From NCBI GenBank assembly GCA_030141605.1, contig JAQGDQ010000126.1:1-64000 (forward strand): a stretch of DNA of 64,000 bases, read 5' to 3'. The notes under the pieces are model-generated. The model searched no databases. It saw only the letters and a list, made by a program, of their open reading frames with translations, and had not been told where the DNA came from. Position numbers and translations under genes: made by a program. The stretch is from Tubiluchus corallicola. Lineage: Eukaryota > Animalia > Priapulida. Below are positions 51,680 to 64,000 of this stretch, one piece after another (position 1 is the first letter of the stretch; every line of letters starts with the position of its first letter).

Positions 51680-52080
51680 TTCGCATGTCAATTACAGAAT
51701 TAACAATGAAATTATAGAAAAAGTAAGCAAAATGACATTCTTGAGAGTTATAATACATGAACATTTAAATAGGGGCCATGTATTGTTATTAATAATAGAT
51801 GTTCGTGCATTATTGATTATAAGTGGATTAAATACGCAATTTTTGCGTGGCTTTGGTTAGTTAATAATTAATAACATAATTAATCTAATATTATCAAGTA
51901 TGGCAAAGAATATTAGAATAATAACACGAATAGAATATCAATTAAGTAATCAGTTGCTATTATCTCTTCACAATTGCCTTATCTTGCCATACTTCAACTA
52001 TTGTAATATAATTTGGGGACTGACTTTTAAAAAACAAAGCTAAACAAGCTTAAATCATTACAAAGAAGATGCATATAAAT
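51680..52080 (+). mobile_element. CR1/L2/Crack-group post-RT fragment (possibly the continuation of 47165-48440)
   Basis: INNEIIEKVSKMTFLRVIIHEHL and LILPYFNYCNIIWG motifs. Confidence 0.7.
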
Positions 52081-52216
52081 AAGAAGGTGGTTGGTGGCGC
52101 TGCGGTGCAATGGTGCAGGTTCAAACGTTTTGAGCTCCGCAAAAATTTTAAAAATATAGCAAATATTTAAATTATTAGCCGAAATTAGTGCAATAACTGT
52201 CTGTCTAGATTAGTCA

Positions 52217-53198
52217 ATGGTTGTGGAAACAAGAAATAGCAAAAACCGTCAGTGTAAATCAACGGCAGAAACAACTAACTTTAATACTTTGGAATCCAGT
52301 AACCGGACAATAGACAAAGTAATGGCGGGAAAGTCGAAACAAGCCGAGAGTTCTGAAACACGACAACCTGAAACAACTTTTGTGACGCAGCATCTCAAAT
52401 TAAACAGTACAACATCCAAAACGTTACCAGCTACTGATTTAGTTGCAAGAGGAGGGCAAGATGAAGATATCATGAACGCAGGACAAGCTACCAACGAAAC
52501 AATCCTGGCAGCAGTGAATAGTCTAATGATACAGGTACGCTCGTTAGACAGCCACTTTAAAAATGAAGTGCATGAAATTAAAGAATCTCAAAGTTTTATC
52601 TCTGGTAGCTTCGAGGACTTTAAAAATGAAATCAAAGGAGTTGTTTGCGATGTCAAAACCCTAAAAAATAAAGTTAAATCACTAGACGAAACTGTCACTG
52701 TCCTAGACCAGAAACTTAAAGAGAAAGATACAGCTGTCGATAATTTAGAACAGTACGGCAGAAGGGACTGCATCGAGATTAGTGGGGTACCCATGTTACC
52801 AGGTGAAGACACAAATAAAATAGTGCTAGATATTGCAGTCAAACTGGGAGTACAGCTACAGCCAGAGGAAATCTGCACATCACACAGGCTGCCACAAAAG
52901 AAACGAGGCGATATGCAAAATAATTGTGAAATTTGTACGAAAGGAGAAGAGAGATGAAGTGTTCAGAAACCGCAAACAAATCGGAGGCACGTGGGACTTA
53001 GGAACAAATCATTACTATGTAACAGCTAAGAGACGGCAACTATTGCATGAGTGTCTGCAGTTCAAAAAAGAAACGGGTTACAAGTATTTATGGACCAGAA
53101 ATGGAAAAATCCTGTTAAAGCCTAATGATGTGAGTGAAGTTTTTACAATTGAATCTGAAAAAGACTTTGAAAATATAAAAGACAAACTTAAAAAATGA
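52217..53198 (+). pseudogene. LINE ORF1 (coiled coil plus RRM/CTD, L1-transposase-like), one frameshift near 52900
   Basis: LEQYGRRDCIEISGVP and HRL, then IIVKF and GYKYLWTRNGKILLK in the next frame. Confidence 0.9.
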
Positions 53199-53259
53199 AT
53201 ATGTTACATCTAATAGAATAGCTAACTAAACTATTTACTTGTAACTAATTTTACTAATT

Positions 53260-56080
53260 ATGCCTGCCCAGTATCCTTGCAAGCAATGTACTAAACCTTG
53301 CAGGACTAATCAACTATGTATACAATGTGATGTGTGTCAAGACTGGGTGCATTTTAGATGTACCGCATTAAATTTGAATGAATTTAATACTTACGCAAAT
53401 TCAAATGATGCATATTACTGTATGTTATGTTTGAACTCGATACTACTGTTTCAATATGAAGAAAACAAAAATGTAAACAATTTTTTTACTATTGATGCCT
53501 CATTATCGAGTTTATCAAATTTTCAATCCTTACGTGATATTTCTAGTATAACAAATTTCTGTACCAATAACAATGATCCAGACAACCATATTCATTATCA
53601 TGATAGTAAATTTATTAAATTATCGTCTTTAGCTAGTCAAAAAAGCTACACAAACATGAACAAAGATTTTGCGAAGGTCCATTTCAATGTAAGTAGTCTT
53701 CAAGCAGCATGTTAGATGTTTTATTGCATTTTCACCACCCACCTGAAATTATAGCAGTAAGTGAAACAAGAATCAAAACAGGACATCTTTTTCTTTCTCA
53801 TTTGCGGGATATCAGTTTATTGGACATAATTCAGATACAAATGCAGGTGGTGTAGGCATGTACATAAAAAATTCGATCAATTTTACTGAACTACCTGAAT
53901 ACCAGATCACAAATCCAAGAAATACTGTCACAACAACTAAAGATATGCAAATTGAAAACATATGGATAGAAATTGAAACTGCGCCCAATAATAAAAACAT
54001 TATTATTGGGGTAATTTATAGACATCCAAACACTAACATTGACCAGTTCCAAAACGAACTTGAACAAAAAAATGACGTTAATAAATTAAGCAAATAAGTT
54101 GAGTTATATATGCGGTGACATAAAAGTAAATTTGTTACAAACCAGTGAAAGGCCATTAGTTGCAAATTACATGAATATGCTGTTCTCGAATAATTTTATG
54201 CCCATCATAACCAAATCCACAAGAATAACTGAAACTACTAACACTTTGATTGATCACATTTATACTAACGACCTAACCAATACTATAATACCAGGTATAT
54301 TATTGTATCAAGTTGCAGATCTTCTGCCAGTATTTGCAATAGTGAAACATACAAAAATTGTGGCAAAAACAAATAAAATTTTAGTTAGGAACTATCGAAA
54401 CTCTACCGAAATAAACTTTTTGATGACCTAACATCGCAGTTGACTAATATAAATTTTGATGACTTAGATACAAATGAAAGTTTTAATTTATTCAATGAAA
54501 CTTATTGCAATACTTTCAATAATCATTTTCCATTAAAAACATTATCTAGAAAAGAAACAACGACATTTAGCAAGCCCTGGATAACACCAGGAATTCTAAA
54601 AAGCATTAAAGCACACAAACTAACAAACATTACATACAAACAAATTTACTATAAAAAATATTCAAATAAACTAAATCATATTAAAGAACTATCTAAGAAA
54701 AACTATTATTCAAAATTTTTACAGGAAAATAAAAATAACATGAAAAAAACGTGGGAAGCAATTAACAGTATAATAAAAAATAACTCAAAATCACACAACA
54801 TGCCAGGAAAACTAATAATAGACAACATCGAGTATACAGATTCACAAGACATAAGTGAAAAATTAAATGACTTCTTTGTCAACATAGGTCCAAGTATGGC
54901 TGACAAAATACAGAAAACTGATATAATGTTCAATACATTTCTAAAAAACCCAAATCCTAACACATTTTTTATTACACCAATTACAGACATAGGAACAATT
55001 GACACAATAAACAAATTAAACATAAATAAATCACCTGGGCCCCAAAACATTCCAATATCATTTTACAAATCTGCAAGTAACATAATTGCACCAATATTGA
55101 CTAAATTATTTAACAAATCGATTATCAGTGGCACATTTCCTGAAGTTTTAAAAATAGCAAAAGTTACACCAATATAAAGCTGACTCCCCATATGACCCCA
55201 GCAAATATAGACCAGTATCACTGTTATCACCTGTATCAAAAGTCTTTGAAAAATTAATATACAACAGACTGTACAAATTTACCATCAAAAATAAAATTTT
55301 AACTAAATATCAATTCGGATTCTGCAAAAATTATTCAACTGCCATAGAAGTTTCAGACTTAATTGATAGCGTCTCTCTAGATATAGAAAAAAATCTTGTG
55401 ACTTGCGGAATATTCCTAGACTTATCAAAGGCTTTTGATACAGTACAACACAACATACTACTCACTAAATTACAGTATTATGGACTAAGGGGCCCTCCTC
55501 TAAAATTATTTGAATCGTACTTGACTAATCGAAAACAATATATTTCCATTAACCGTAAACCATCATCTTTTAAAAATGTAACGTGTGGTGTTCCACAGGG
55601 ATCTAATTTAGGACCACTTTTGTTCTTACTTTACATCAATGATTTACCAGATGCTACTAATTTTCGCACAAAAATATTTGCAGATGATACAAATTTGTTT
55701 ATGTCCCACCCTGATACCATTGAACTAAATAAACTGGTTAAGAATGAACTAAATAAAATAGACAAATGGATGAAAGCCAACCGGTTATCAATTAATTTTA
55801 AAGAACTAAATTTATGCTAATTAACAATAAAACAAACACCAATCAAACTTTTCATGTAAAAATAAACGATAGGAAAATAGATGAAACAGAAGACATAAAA
55901 TACCTAGGCATATTAATTGATAAAAAGCTGTCATGGGGAGCACACATCAAACATATCACATACAAGTTAAGTCGCATATCGTGAATCATTAAAACTAAGG
56001 AAATATGTTAATCAAGTTACTGCCGACCCATAAATACCATCACTAAAAATTACAAAAAATCTTTACTAGACAGATATGTA
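53260..56080 (+). pseudogene. LINE ORF2 (PHD, APE endonuclease, RT), several frameshifts and stops, C-terminal deletion
   Basis: CKQC..CDVC..WVHFRC..YYCMLC, GVIYRHP, TLIDHIY, PWITPGI, LDLSKAFDTV, GVPQGSNLGPLLFLLYINDL and FADDT motifs. Confidence 0.93.
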
Positions 56081-57473
56081 TTAACATTAGAGTATTTTTT
56101 TCTTTTACAATTACTACTCGATATTATTCAGTAAAAAATTGTGATTCTAATATTCCGTGTAAATTCGTTTAATATGGGAAATCTACATAAATTACGGCAT
56201 TGTGATTAATTTCATCATCATTTTATTTTTACCACTGTTTGTTTATTCTTTTTTTCACTAATGCTATTGTTGTTATGTTTGCTTTTATAATTCTGCTTAT
56301 GTTATTGCTTTATTTTGTTAGTTTATATGCATCTTGTGTCATCAATTCTTTTTCTGTCATCAACATTAAATTATAAGGGGTGAGTGAGTAGATGACCTAC
56401 GGTCTTTCCTTGCCCCATCTCCACAGACAAAGTTATTTTTTTGTAAAGCGAAAATTTGTGACACAAATTGGAGAAAAATCTGTCTATGTCTATGTCTATG
56501 TCTAAGAAGGAAAACATACCAATGACAGCAACAAGCTTTTTTAGAACTTCTACACTAACCTTATTACGCTGAATTATAGAAGATAGCACACAAGCAATAA
56601 GGAATATAATTTACCTTAGTGCAGGGCAGATGTAACCGGACAAATTTATCAGATTCGAGGGGTATCACACCGCTACAAGTTTTCGTATTAGCGGCAGAAA
56701 AAGGTTCTCTGGACGGTGTTCCTACGCCATATAAATATAATCGAGGTCGATAGACCATGTTATATTATACCATCACAGCAAAACTATGATTAAATTAATA
56801 TTAAATTTACAACAATTCTGGTCCAGCATAATAATAAATAAAATGTATTTCATAAACATATATTACAATGCACATTCACCTGTTCTGCTCATAATCTTCC
56901 CCCCACTGTTGAACGTTCCGGTCAAGCACATGGTAGGAGGTCGGTATGAGATATCCTACCGAGATCTGATTCAGCCAGATTAGCAATGTCATTAAGTAAT
57001 AGACAGCAACACAAAATACACGTCCCATTTATTAAAAAATGTTTACCAGTAGAACTACCAAAGTGACACAGCACTGGGTAGCCTGAACAGTTACACAGCC
57101 CACAAAAACTACACGTTATACAATGCTCTGGTCAGTTTCACAGCTACTTAATGCTCTAATGAAAGAGACCTTGATGTGCGTTTACTAATTGGTATGCACC
57201 TACATGAAAAGAGTTTTTCTTCATTAAAGAAAACACATGAATAAAAAAGATAAATGTGATCACATCCAAAATAAACTAGTAGAAATTCTCACAATAATGA
57301 CAATAATAACTGATAACTAGGAATACTAAATGTAAATCTTCAGCGAGGTAGCAATGCTGACGCATCAATATTATAACGTAGAGCGGATAGTGCTACGTAT
57401 GTCATGGCGTACTTGTGAACAAAACGTAAAAAAGCAGTAATAAAAATGAAATTAGAGAATTAAGTAACTAACC

Positions 57474-57604
57474 ACCTGCCCGTCAGCCCACTGAACCGAC
57501 GAGGCCAATCCATACCAGCTACTTATAGCTGCTATGCAATGGCTTCGTAATGGATCGAACCACCACAACGTAGAGGGGTGGTGCGAAAATAAATGGCATT
57601 TCGC
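57474..57604. repeat. Dispersed ~130-bp repeat, copy 2
   Basis: Homologous to 19192-19332, in the same orientation. Confidence 0.85.
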
Positions 57605-57670
57605 ACCCGTAATAATATTATAATTACAATTGCAGAAATAAGAAAATGTAACACTAATGAAATTATTAAT

Positions 57671-57764
57671 TGTGTGTGTGATCGCGCGCGCGTGCGTGAG
57701 TGTATGTACGTGCGTGCGTGTGTATGTGCGTGCGTGCGTACGTGAGTGCGTGCGAGAGTGTGTG
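57671..57764. repeat. Compound (GT)/(GCGT)n microsatellite
   Basis: Seen directly. Confidence 0.9.
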
Positions 57765-59966
57765 GGGGTACACCATCCCTACCTTTCAAAGGGACACCGT
57801 CTCCCCTTTCAAACAGAGTAAGGAACGCGTCAATCCCACTGCACTACACCACTGGCACATAATAAATGTACACCATAACATTGATTCAGCCAGTTATTAC
57901 CTTATGTTATCACATTATCGGTTACAATTTTTTGTTATTACATTCTACGTTTCGGCGGTGTTACAGTATAAGCTAAATTTCGGGTTATTACACTATGCGT
58001 TAATTTATTCCTGTATTACAATATCGAGCGTTTATTACATTACCAGTTGTATTGTAACAAGCGTTATTGAGCAGGCTGAAATACAAATGAACACGCATTG
58101 TGTAATTGACATGCGCTATCTACAGATGGCGCCTACGTGTAACATTTTTGCCATTTAATACAGCACATGTGAAATGTCATGGATCAGTAATAACATTATA
58201 AGCCTACCGTTATACGTTTTTGACAAAGCAAATTGCGCATAAAAAAGTTCAGTTAGAACTTGAAAGAACAAATTAGTTATTGTGGAAATTTATTTCAAAT
58301 TCTTAGATTTTTAGTATTTTGAATAATATTTTCAAAATACAATAGAAAAATAGAATAAAAGGAGCCGTAAAACAGTTAAAATAAAAAATATGCAAGTTAT
58401 ATTGTTAAAAATTTAAAGCTTTTATATTCTGAAATAAATAAAACGTTTAACGCCATTATATTCACTCTGCGTAGACTTTAAACAGCAAAAATAACTGATT
58501 TGCAAAATTAATGTATCTGTGTTGTTGCTGTCGCAGTTGTTAAAAATATATATTATAAAATGTAATTTTATTTTGATACGTTTATTCAGTAACGAAATGA
58601 TTTGCTTTTTCATAAGAGAAAAGCCAAAGTTTCAAATTTGAGCAGCACCCTTGAAGTGTTTTTCAAGTGAGACCATCCATCCATGATTGAAATCTTTTTG
58701 GAAGAATATTTTACATTCGTTGACTCCTCAGCAATTGATTGTGTATAATAAAAAGTTAAAATTTTAATGAGTGGTTTGCTGTTATATTGTTAAAAATATA
58801 AAATTTTACATTTTAAAATATATAAAACTTTTAATATTATTATAATTGCTTTAATTTTTTGCTTTGTCCGCATATTTTAGTAGTAAATGAGCAGAAACTT
58901 GAATTGTTAAACTCCATACACGCTGCACAAGTAACGCTACATTTTTTGTAGAAAGAAGTCTAGAAATGCACCGCTGAAGCCATTCCATGCGATTCTGGTG
59001 CATAATATGTAACCCACAGTCATACAGCAGGCAGTTTGTCATTGTAATGTCCTCGAATATTTCAGAATTTTTTTAGTCGATTTGTCTTACAGACTTAGAA
59101 TTGAAACGAGATGTTATAGCTGTTCACGAAATGAGGAATACTAGACACATACGCGAAAACGGTAAATTAAATATCGCTAATACTGAAGAAATTTTGCACC
59201 ATTACTTTGACCAAATCTATAACAAATGTGTTATTTGTGTTTACCTAGTTGCGACTTGCAAGTGCTTTTAATTTTATTAAAGTTACTATTATTAAAGTTA
59301 CAATCTTATAATGAAATTTCTTGGTCAGTTTTTTGACAATAAATTTACTGCTACTACTATGAGTCAATGAAACGACTCATGATAAACAGCTCACATTATA
59401 ATTAGTGAATATGTGGTGACACACATTACGATATACCCATGATAAAGCGTTTTATTTACTCGAGCTACTGTTTCTTTAACCATTATCATTATGGACTTTT
59501 AATCGCTCAAATTCTTTTTTTAATGAGTATTTCAAATTATTCACAGCTATTAGCCTCCTAGCAAACTTGGTTATAATGCTATTCATAAGAGCAAAGTCAT
59601 GTCACGCAAAACTTTGCATATGCTTGCTTAATATTAGAAGCGTAAAAATTATTCTGTTAATTAATGTCACCCTACAACTGTGTACGTAACCGTCTTTCTG
59701 AAAGTTATGAAACGACAAGAAATATTTTTATTATACATAAACTTTAAGTATTTAATGTGGATTAACTAAACAGTAACATATATAGTACCTCCTCTGTTAA
59801 ATTCTTTGTAAACAAGTAACTACAAATGTCGTGTTTATCGCGGAGTTTCTAATAATTACTATAATGCAATGGTTTAGGTCCGTTTCCAAGAAAATGTTTT
59901 TGGGGAAAATTTTCACAGATAAAAATCTTGGAATTAGTCTGCAATTCCCCACACAGTTTAAATACA

Positions 59967-60017
59967 CTAATCTTAATCCTAATCCTAACCCAACCCTAAC
60001 CCTAGCCCTAGTCCTAA
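59967..60017. repeat. Short degenerate telomere-like (CCCTAA)n tract
   Basis: CTAATCTTAATCCTAATCCTAACCCAACCCTAACCCTAGCCCTAGTCCTAA. Confidence 0.7.
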
Positions 60018-60734
60018 GAGTTTTAGAAGTGTGGATCACCCTGAAGCATCAATTGTAACTTCATAATCTGTCAGCTGAACTCCACTGAAGAGTCCCACTT
60101 AAAAATTCCTCTTGCACGATCCCACTTCTGACAGCAGTGTAAGAGAGCCGAGTCGCAACCCCAGTGATAGATTGGTAGATCCTCGGGTTGGTTCTTCTTG
60201 TCACGAGGCCTCTGGTTCAAATCTGGTTGCTGCTCGCGTAAGTCAAGAGATGGTGTGGAAATAAATGAAATGTAAGAACAAAGTTTAGAACATTACTTTG
60301 ATAAGTAGGAGAATTATAGTTTCTAGATTTGAGTAAATGCATGTACTATTTAAGCTTAACTTTACGTTTATTGTCATATATAATTTACAAAAACAAAAGA
60401 AAATTATTATTACCTACAAGCATAATAGAAATGAAGTATAGCATGGTAAGCAAAAATGTTTAAAAATTTGAGTCTGTGGTAGGTATTTTTTATGACGTGG
60501 AGGTGCTGAAGTCTACTTATTCACCTGTTTATGTTTAAATGAGTAGGCATAAATATTTATCTTTTGCTATAGTTGGCCAATAAAAATAGCAAAATGCGAC
60601 CAAATTAAAAAGCATCATATACAAGCACTAATATATAACTAAAATGACAAATATAAAAAAATATGACAATTACAATACAATACTATGCTCACTCTAAAAT
60701 CACAATTTAAAAGAAACTAAAGATATTCATTTTG

Positions 60735-61450
60735 GTTTTCGAAATGCCAATATCATTCCCAAAACATTAGTAGGTGTGGACGAAGTTTCGCACTCGTGGC
60801 GCAGAATGGAAGAGGATGTTTCCCACTGGTGAAGATTCATATCAGACAGTGCGAACAGTGGAACTAACTTTTCCCGAAACTGACCGACTTCTTCATCTGT
60901 AGAGAAGCCAGACCCACCATTATCTGCGTACATACTACGGACAAGCTGCACTGCAAGTGGACCAGAGCACGAATTTTGCAGGTGATGTCTCATCACTGAA
61001 AGCAGGATAGCAGGGCGAGCACTCAGCCCAAATGGAAGGCATGTAAACTGGCAGATGTGCTACTTGTAATCTTTGAACCATGCAAGCATGGGGAATTGAA
61101 GTCCAGGCTCTGCAATTGATATCATGAGGAACGCCTGCTCAATGTCGGCAATTGCAGCCGCCTCATAACATCTGAAAATGAGAAGTATCCACAACGGATT
61201 CCGAGTGAGATTAGGACCTGTCGATAAGAGACTGTTGATTGGTGAACCATGCCAGAGTTGTGCCGGACCATCGAAGACAACTCGCTGTTCAGCCCCTTGG
61301 ACTACACCATGATGGGGCAAATAATACCTCTCTCAGTCGAGGAAGGCTTTATAATGCCACTCTCCTCCCTCTCATTCAAGGAGTCTACTGGGGTTTCAAT
61401 ACAGTACCACCTGCTGAGTCAACGAAACATGATGAGTCCAATTATATACC
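60735..61450 (-). mobile_element. BEL/Pao RT fragment, decayed
   Basis: PHHGVV, RVVFD, LLSTGPNL, ADIEQAFLMI, LPFGL, MYADN (YVDN equivalent), MNLHQW and NVLGM motifs. Confidence 0.9.
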
Positions 61451-61938
61451 TACGTGTTCAATGCTGATATATACGTAATGCTTCGTATACGACTGGTCAC
61501 TGCAAGGTAGAGGTGAGTCGAAATAAAAGACACCAAGCATCGCCCCGTAAAAATAAAATGCAGTCTTTCGTGAAATGAAATGTTTTTGCTACAGGTACAA
61601 TCAGAGCATTTGTCTAGAAAGAAAAATGTGTAGAGATATAAAAATGCACCATCAAAGCATAATAAAAAATAAGCCTTCAAAAATGATGTAATCACAGCAT
61701 CAAGCCTGACTACATGATTTCTGATGCTGCAATAATGTGTTGCATAAAAATTCAGTGGTTAAAATGCGGTCCTAAATGCATAAGATGTACTTGCAATAAG
61801 GTGATTATAAGATAAGTTGTGTTAATGTAGTGATGGTGTGATTTCACATAAAATGTAGACTCAAAAATTATAAGAGATGCTGCGCTCAAGATGTAAGCAA
61901 ACATTACAAAAACGTGAACTGCAAAAAGCTGTACATGC

Positions 61939-62027
<89 letters not shown>
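61939..62027. repeat. (AAT)n microsatellite
   Basis: Seen directly. Confidence 0.98.
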
Positions 62028-62028
<1 letters not shown>

Positions 62029-64000
62029 GTAAAACGATGACAAAAACAACAACAACAATACTAATAAGATGAAGAAACGCTTTATTTCACGGCGATAAGC
62101 AATTTTTATATAATATTGTCGATAAAGAGCTATTACTGTTTATAATATTTATGTAAAATAAACTTATCTTTGTCTTATCTTATTCTGTCTTGCACACAAA
62201 TCCACATAAGCACAATAAAAAATTCACAAACATAAGTACACAACGCATACAAGAACACGTTCCAACAATTACGGGACCCTTTTTAAGCTTATTTTTGAAA
62301 GAAAATAATTTATAACAAATACTACTAAGTGTTTATCACAATGTAGGTTGAATGTCAATTCTTACTAAAATTAATCCGTATCTTTCAATTTAGAATCGCG
62401 AATAGCTGAAATTTTATAAATATACATGAAACAGCCGGCCTCTAGGAATGAGAGCAACATGTCTATAAATATAATTAATTAACAATTTCTTAACTTCCGT
62501 GTCTCCGGTTTTGTTAAAATATAAACTGATCGACAACACACATAGATCGGAATTCTGGGACAATATCTGACATTTGGCTTAAGAACCCAGTCATTTCTTA
62601 GCAGTAAACACTACATTGTATACTGAAGTGAATTTACCTTTTACGTTGCCATTCTTACACAGTGTACGTTTTCTCGTATCAACAGGATGTTACATATGCA
62701 CGTAATAAGTGTGCACAGACAATTGACAGCCGGACAGGCGCACTAACGCTAGAGAAGCCAAGTTCTTGCAGAGCAGAGGTAATTAACATTGGTGAACCAG
62801 TGCGTAAACGGTGGTTTAATCAGAACGTGCAATTACGAATTTACGAAAAACTGAAGAAACGTTTCAGCACACGCAAAAGATTTTCATTAAACTTTAATAA
62901 GCATCAGGCGATTAAACTCAAGGCAATTCAACAACAGAAAAGTGAGAAGCATTTAAACCAGAGATTTCTATCACATAGGTAAGAACTATGGACTGAATAA
63001 AAGCATTAATATCGACGCGAAAATGTTTCTTCAAAATGCAAATTACACAGAATACTATTGCTTTGCTATTTAATTTATTCATAATTATAATCTAAGACGA
63101 CGCAGCGGACGAAACCTTCATCGGATTTTTTTGTTTTCGCTATTACACAGCTAAGAAAGATTAAGATTATGAGTAAGAGTAATGTCGCACCAGGAGTAAT
63201 AGTAAAAAAGATCACTGTGATGGTTCAGGTTAGGAGGAACACAGTAACCGAAAACCACCTTTTGATGTTGAGTGTGCCGAAAGGTGTATGCTGATTATTT
63301 ATGCTAGCTTTATGACATGTTTATTAAATGTTCACTGGAATGAATATTTTCTTTGTTAATTTTTCTAAATAATATATGGGTTGTTTTCCTTTCATTGGTT
63401 AACGACATTTTATCTGACTAGTAAGATACTATTTAATGACATGTAACAACAAATTTAACAAGATTCCAAATATTCAAAAAACGACAATGAGCATCAACGG
63501 AAAACCCCTTCCCCCGAATATTGGCGATCTACCTTAGTTCTGCTGAGTGTTCACTGGCGATACAACAGCACACCCTGACAATCACAGCTTACAGATTTTT
63601 GCATGAAAGTGTCGCACAGACGAACATGGTGAACATTTAACATCCACGTAAATGATAACAGGATCCCTGCGGCAAAGGAAACAGACATCATACTCCTCGA
63701 GTGAATCTGACCACTTTACAGTCTACCATCCCTATCGTGTTAAACAAGCAAACGGTTAATAACAGTTATGGTTACAACAGTAATAACGTTACGTCTTTCT
63801 GTGATTGCTAACGTCTCCTCGGGTCCGTGAAACTTGCACCAGAACTCGGGACCACATCACATGTCATGACATCAAACTGAGACAGGATACAAGATGGAAG
63901 ATACTTAACGTGTAGACGTACCCCAGTTTAACACAGAAAACCACTCTCTACTGTTACGAGGCATAAAATTGGAAGGTAAAAAAATCCAGGTCACACTGTT

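Larger units (their letters stand above)
52085..56503 (+). mobile_element. Nearly full-length CR1/L2/Crack-group LINE (ORF1, ORF2, 3' UTR, (GTCTAT)n tail), inactivated
   Basis: ORF1 and ORF2 relics are in the correct order, with a 3' UTR stem-loop and a GTCTAT tail at ~56481-56503. Confidence 0.93.

Noticed and set aside
52090-52128. tRNA or Pol III promoter at the LINE 5' end (TGGCGCTGCGG ... GGTTCAAAC)
   Set aside because: The box spacing is only about 12 nt, the B box is imperfect, and there is no cloverleaf.
53260-53715. Host PHD-finger genes (also 47168-47425)
   Set aside because: The PHD sits directly before the APE endonuclease, the normal ORF2 N-terminus of CR1/Crack-group LINEs.
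60084-60100. CTGAAGAGTCC as a hammerhead core
   Set aside because: There is no matching GGAC-GAAA downstream.
63100-63125. Third hammerhead (CGGACGAAAC...CTTCATCGG)
   Set aside because: The core halves are on opposite strands and cannot close stem II; at best an unrecognisable relic.

Overview
AT-rich animal (invertebrate, probably protostome) nuclear DNA, not prokaryotic. The first ~18.5 kb is one satellite family built on a ~35-bp monomer (consensus approx. ACATCTACAGGCAATCTCAAGCATCTGGTCAGAAG). It has three layers: a young, homogeneous higher-order array (1-13.8 kb) with nested periods of ~35, ~105, ~306, ~1800-2200 and 4714 bp; an old divergent layer on + (14.7-15.8 kb); and an old layer in inverted orientation (16.0-18.45 kb). 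An internally inverted BEL/Pao relic separates the young and old layers. The rest is mostly decayed and nested transposons: several CR1/L2/Crack-group LINEs (one nearly full length), RTE, L1/Tx1 and RTE-X-like LINEs, Gypsy and BEL/Pao pol fragments, a TTAA piggyBac-type MITE, a hAT MITE and microsatellites. Only one host gene is recognisable: an intact single-coding-exon class A GPCR of the FMRFamide-receptor type (39618-41036) with an unusually long, glycosylation-site-rich third extracellular loop. Two Penelope-type minimal hammerhead-ribozyme motifs are also visible. I found no convincing new multi-gene system; the best leads are the hierarchical satellite and the hammerhead motifs. All calls were made by eye, and TE boundaries are approximate unless TSDs are given.
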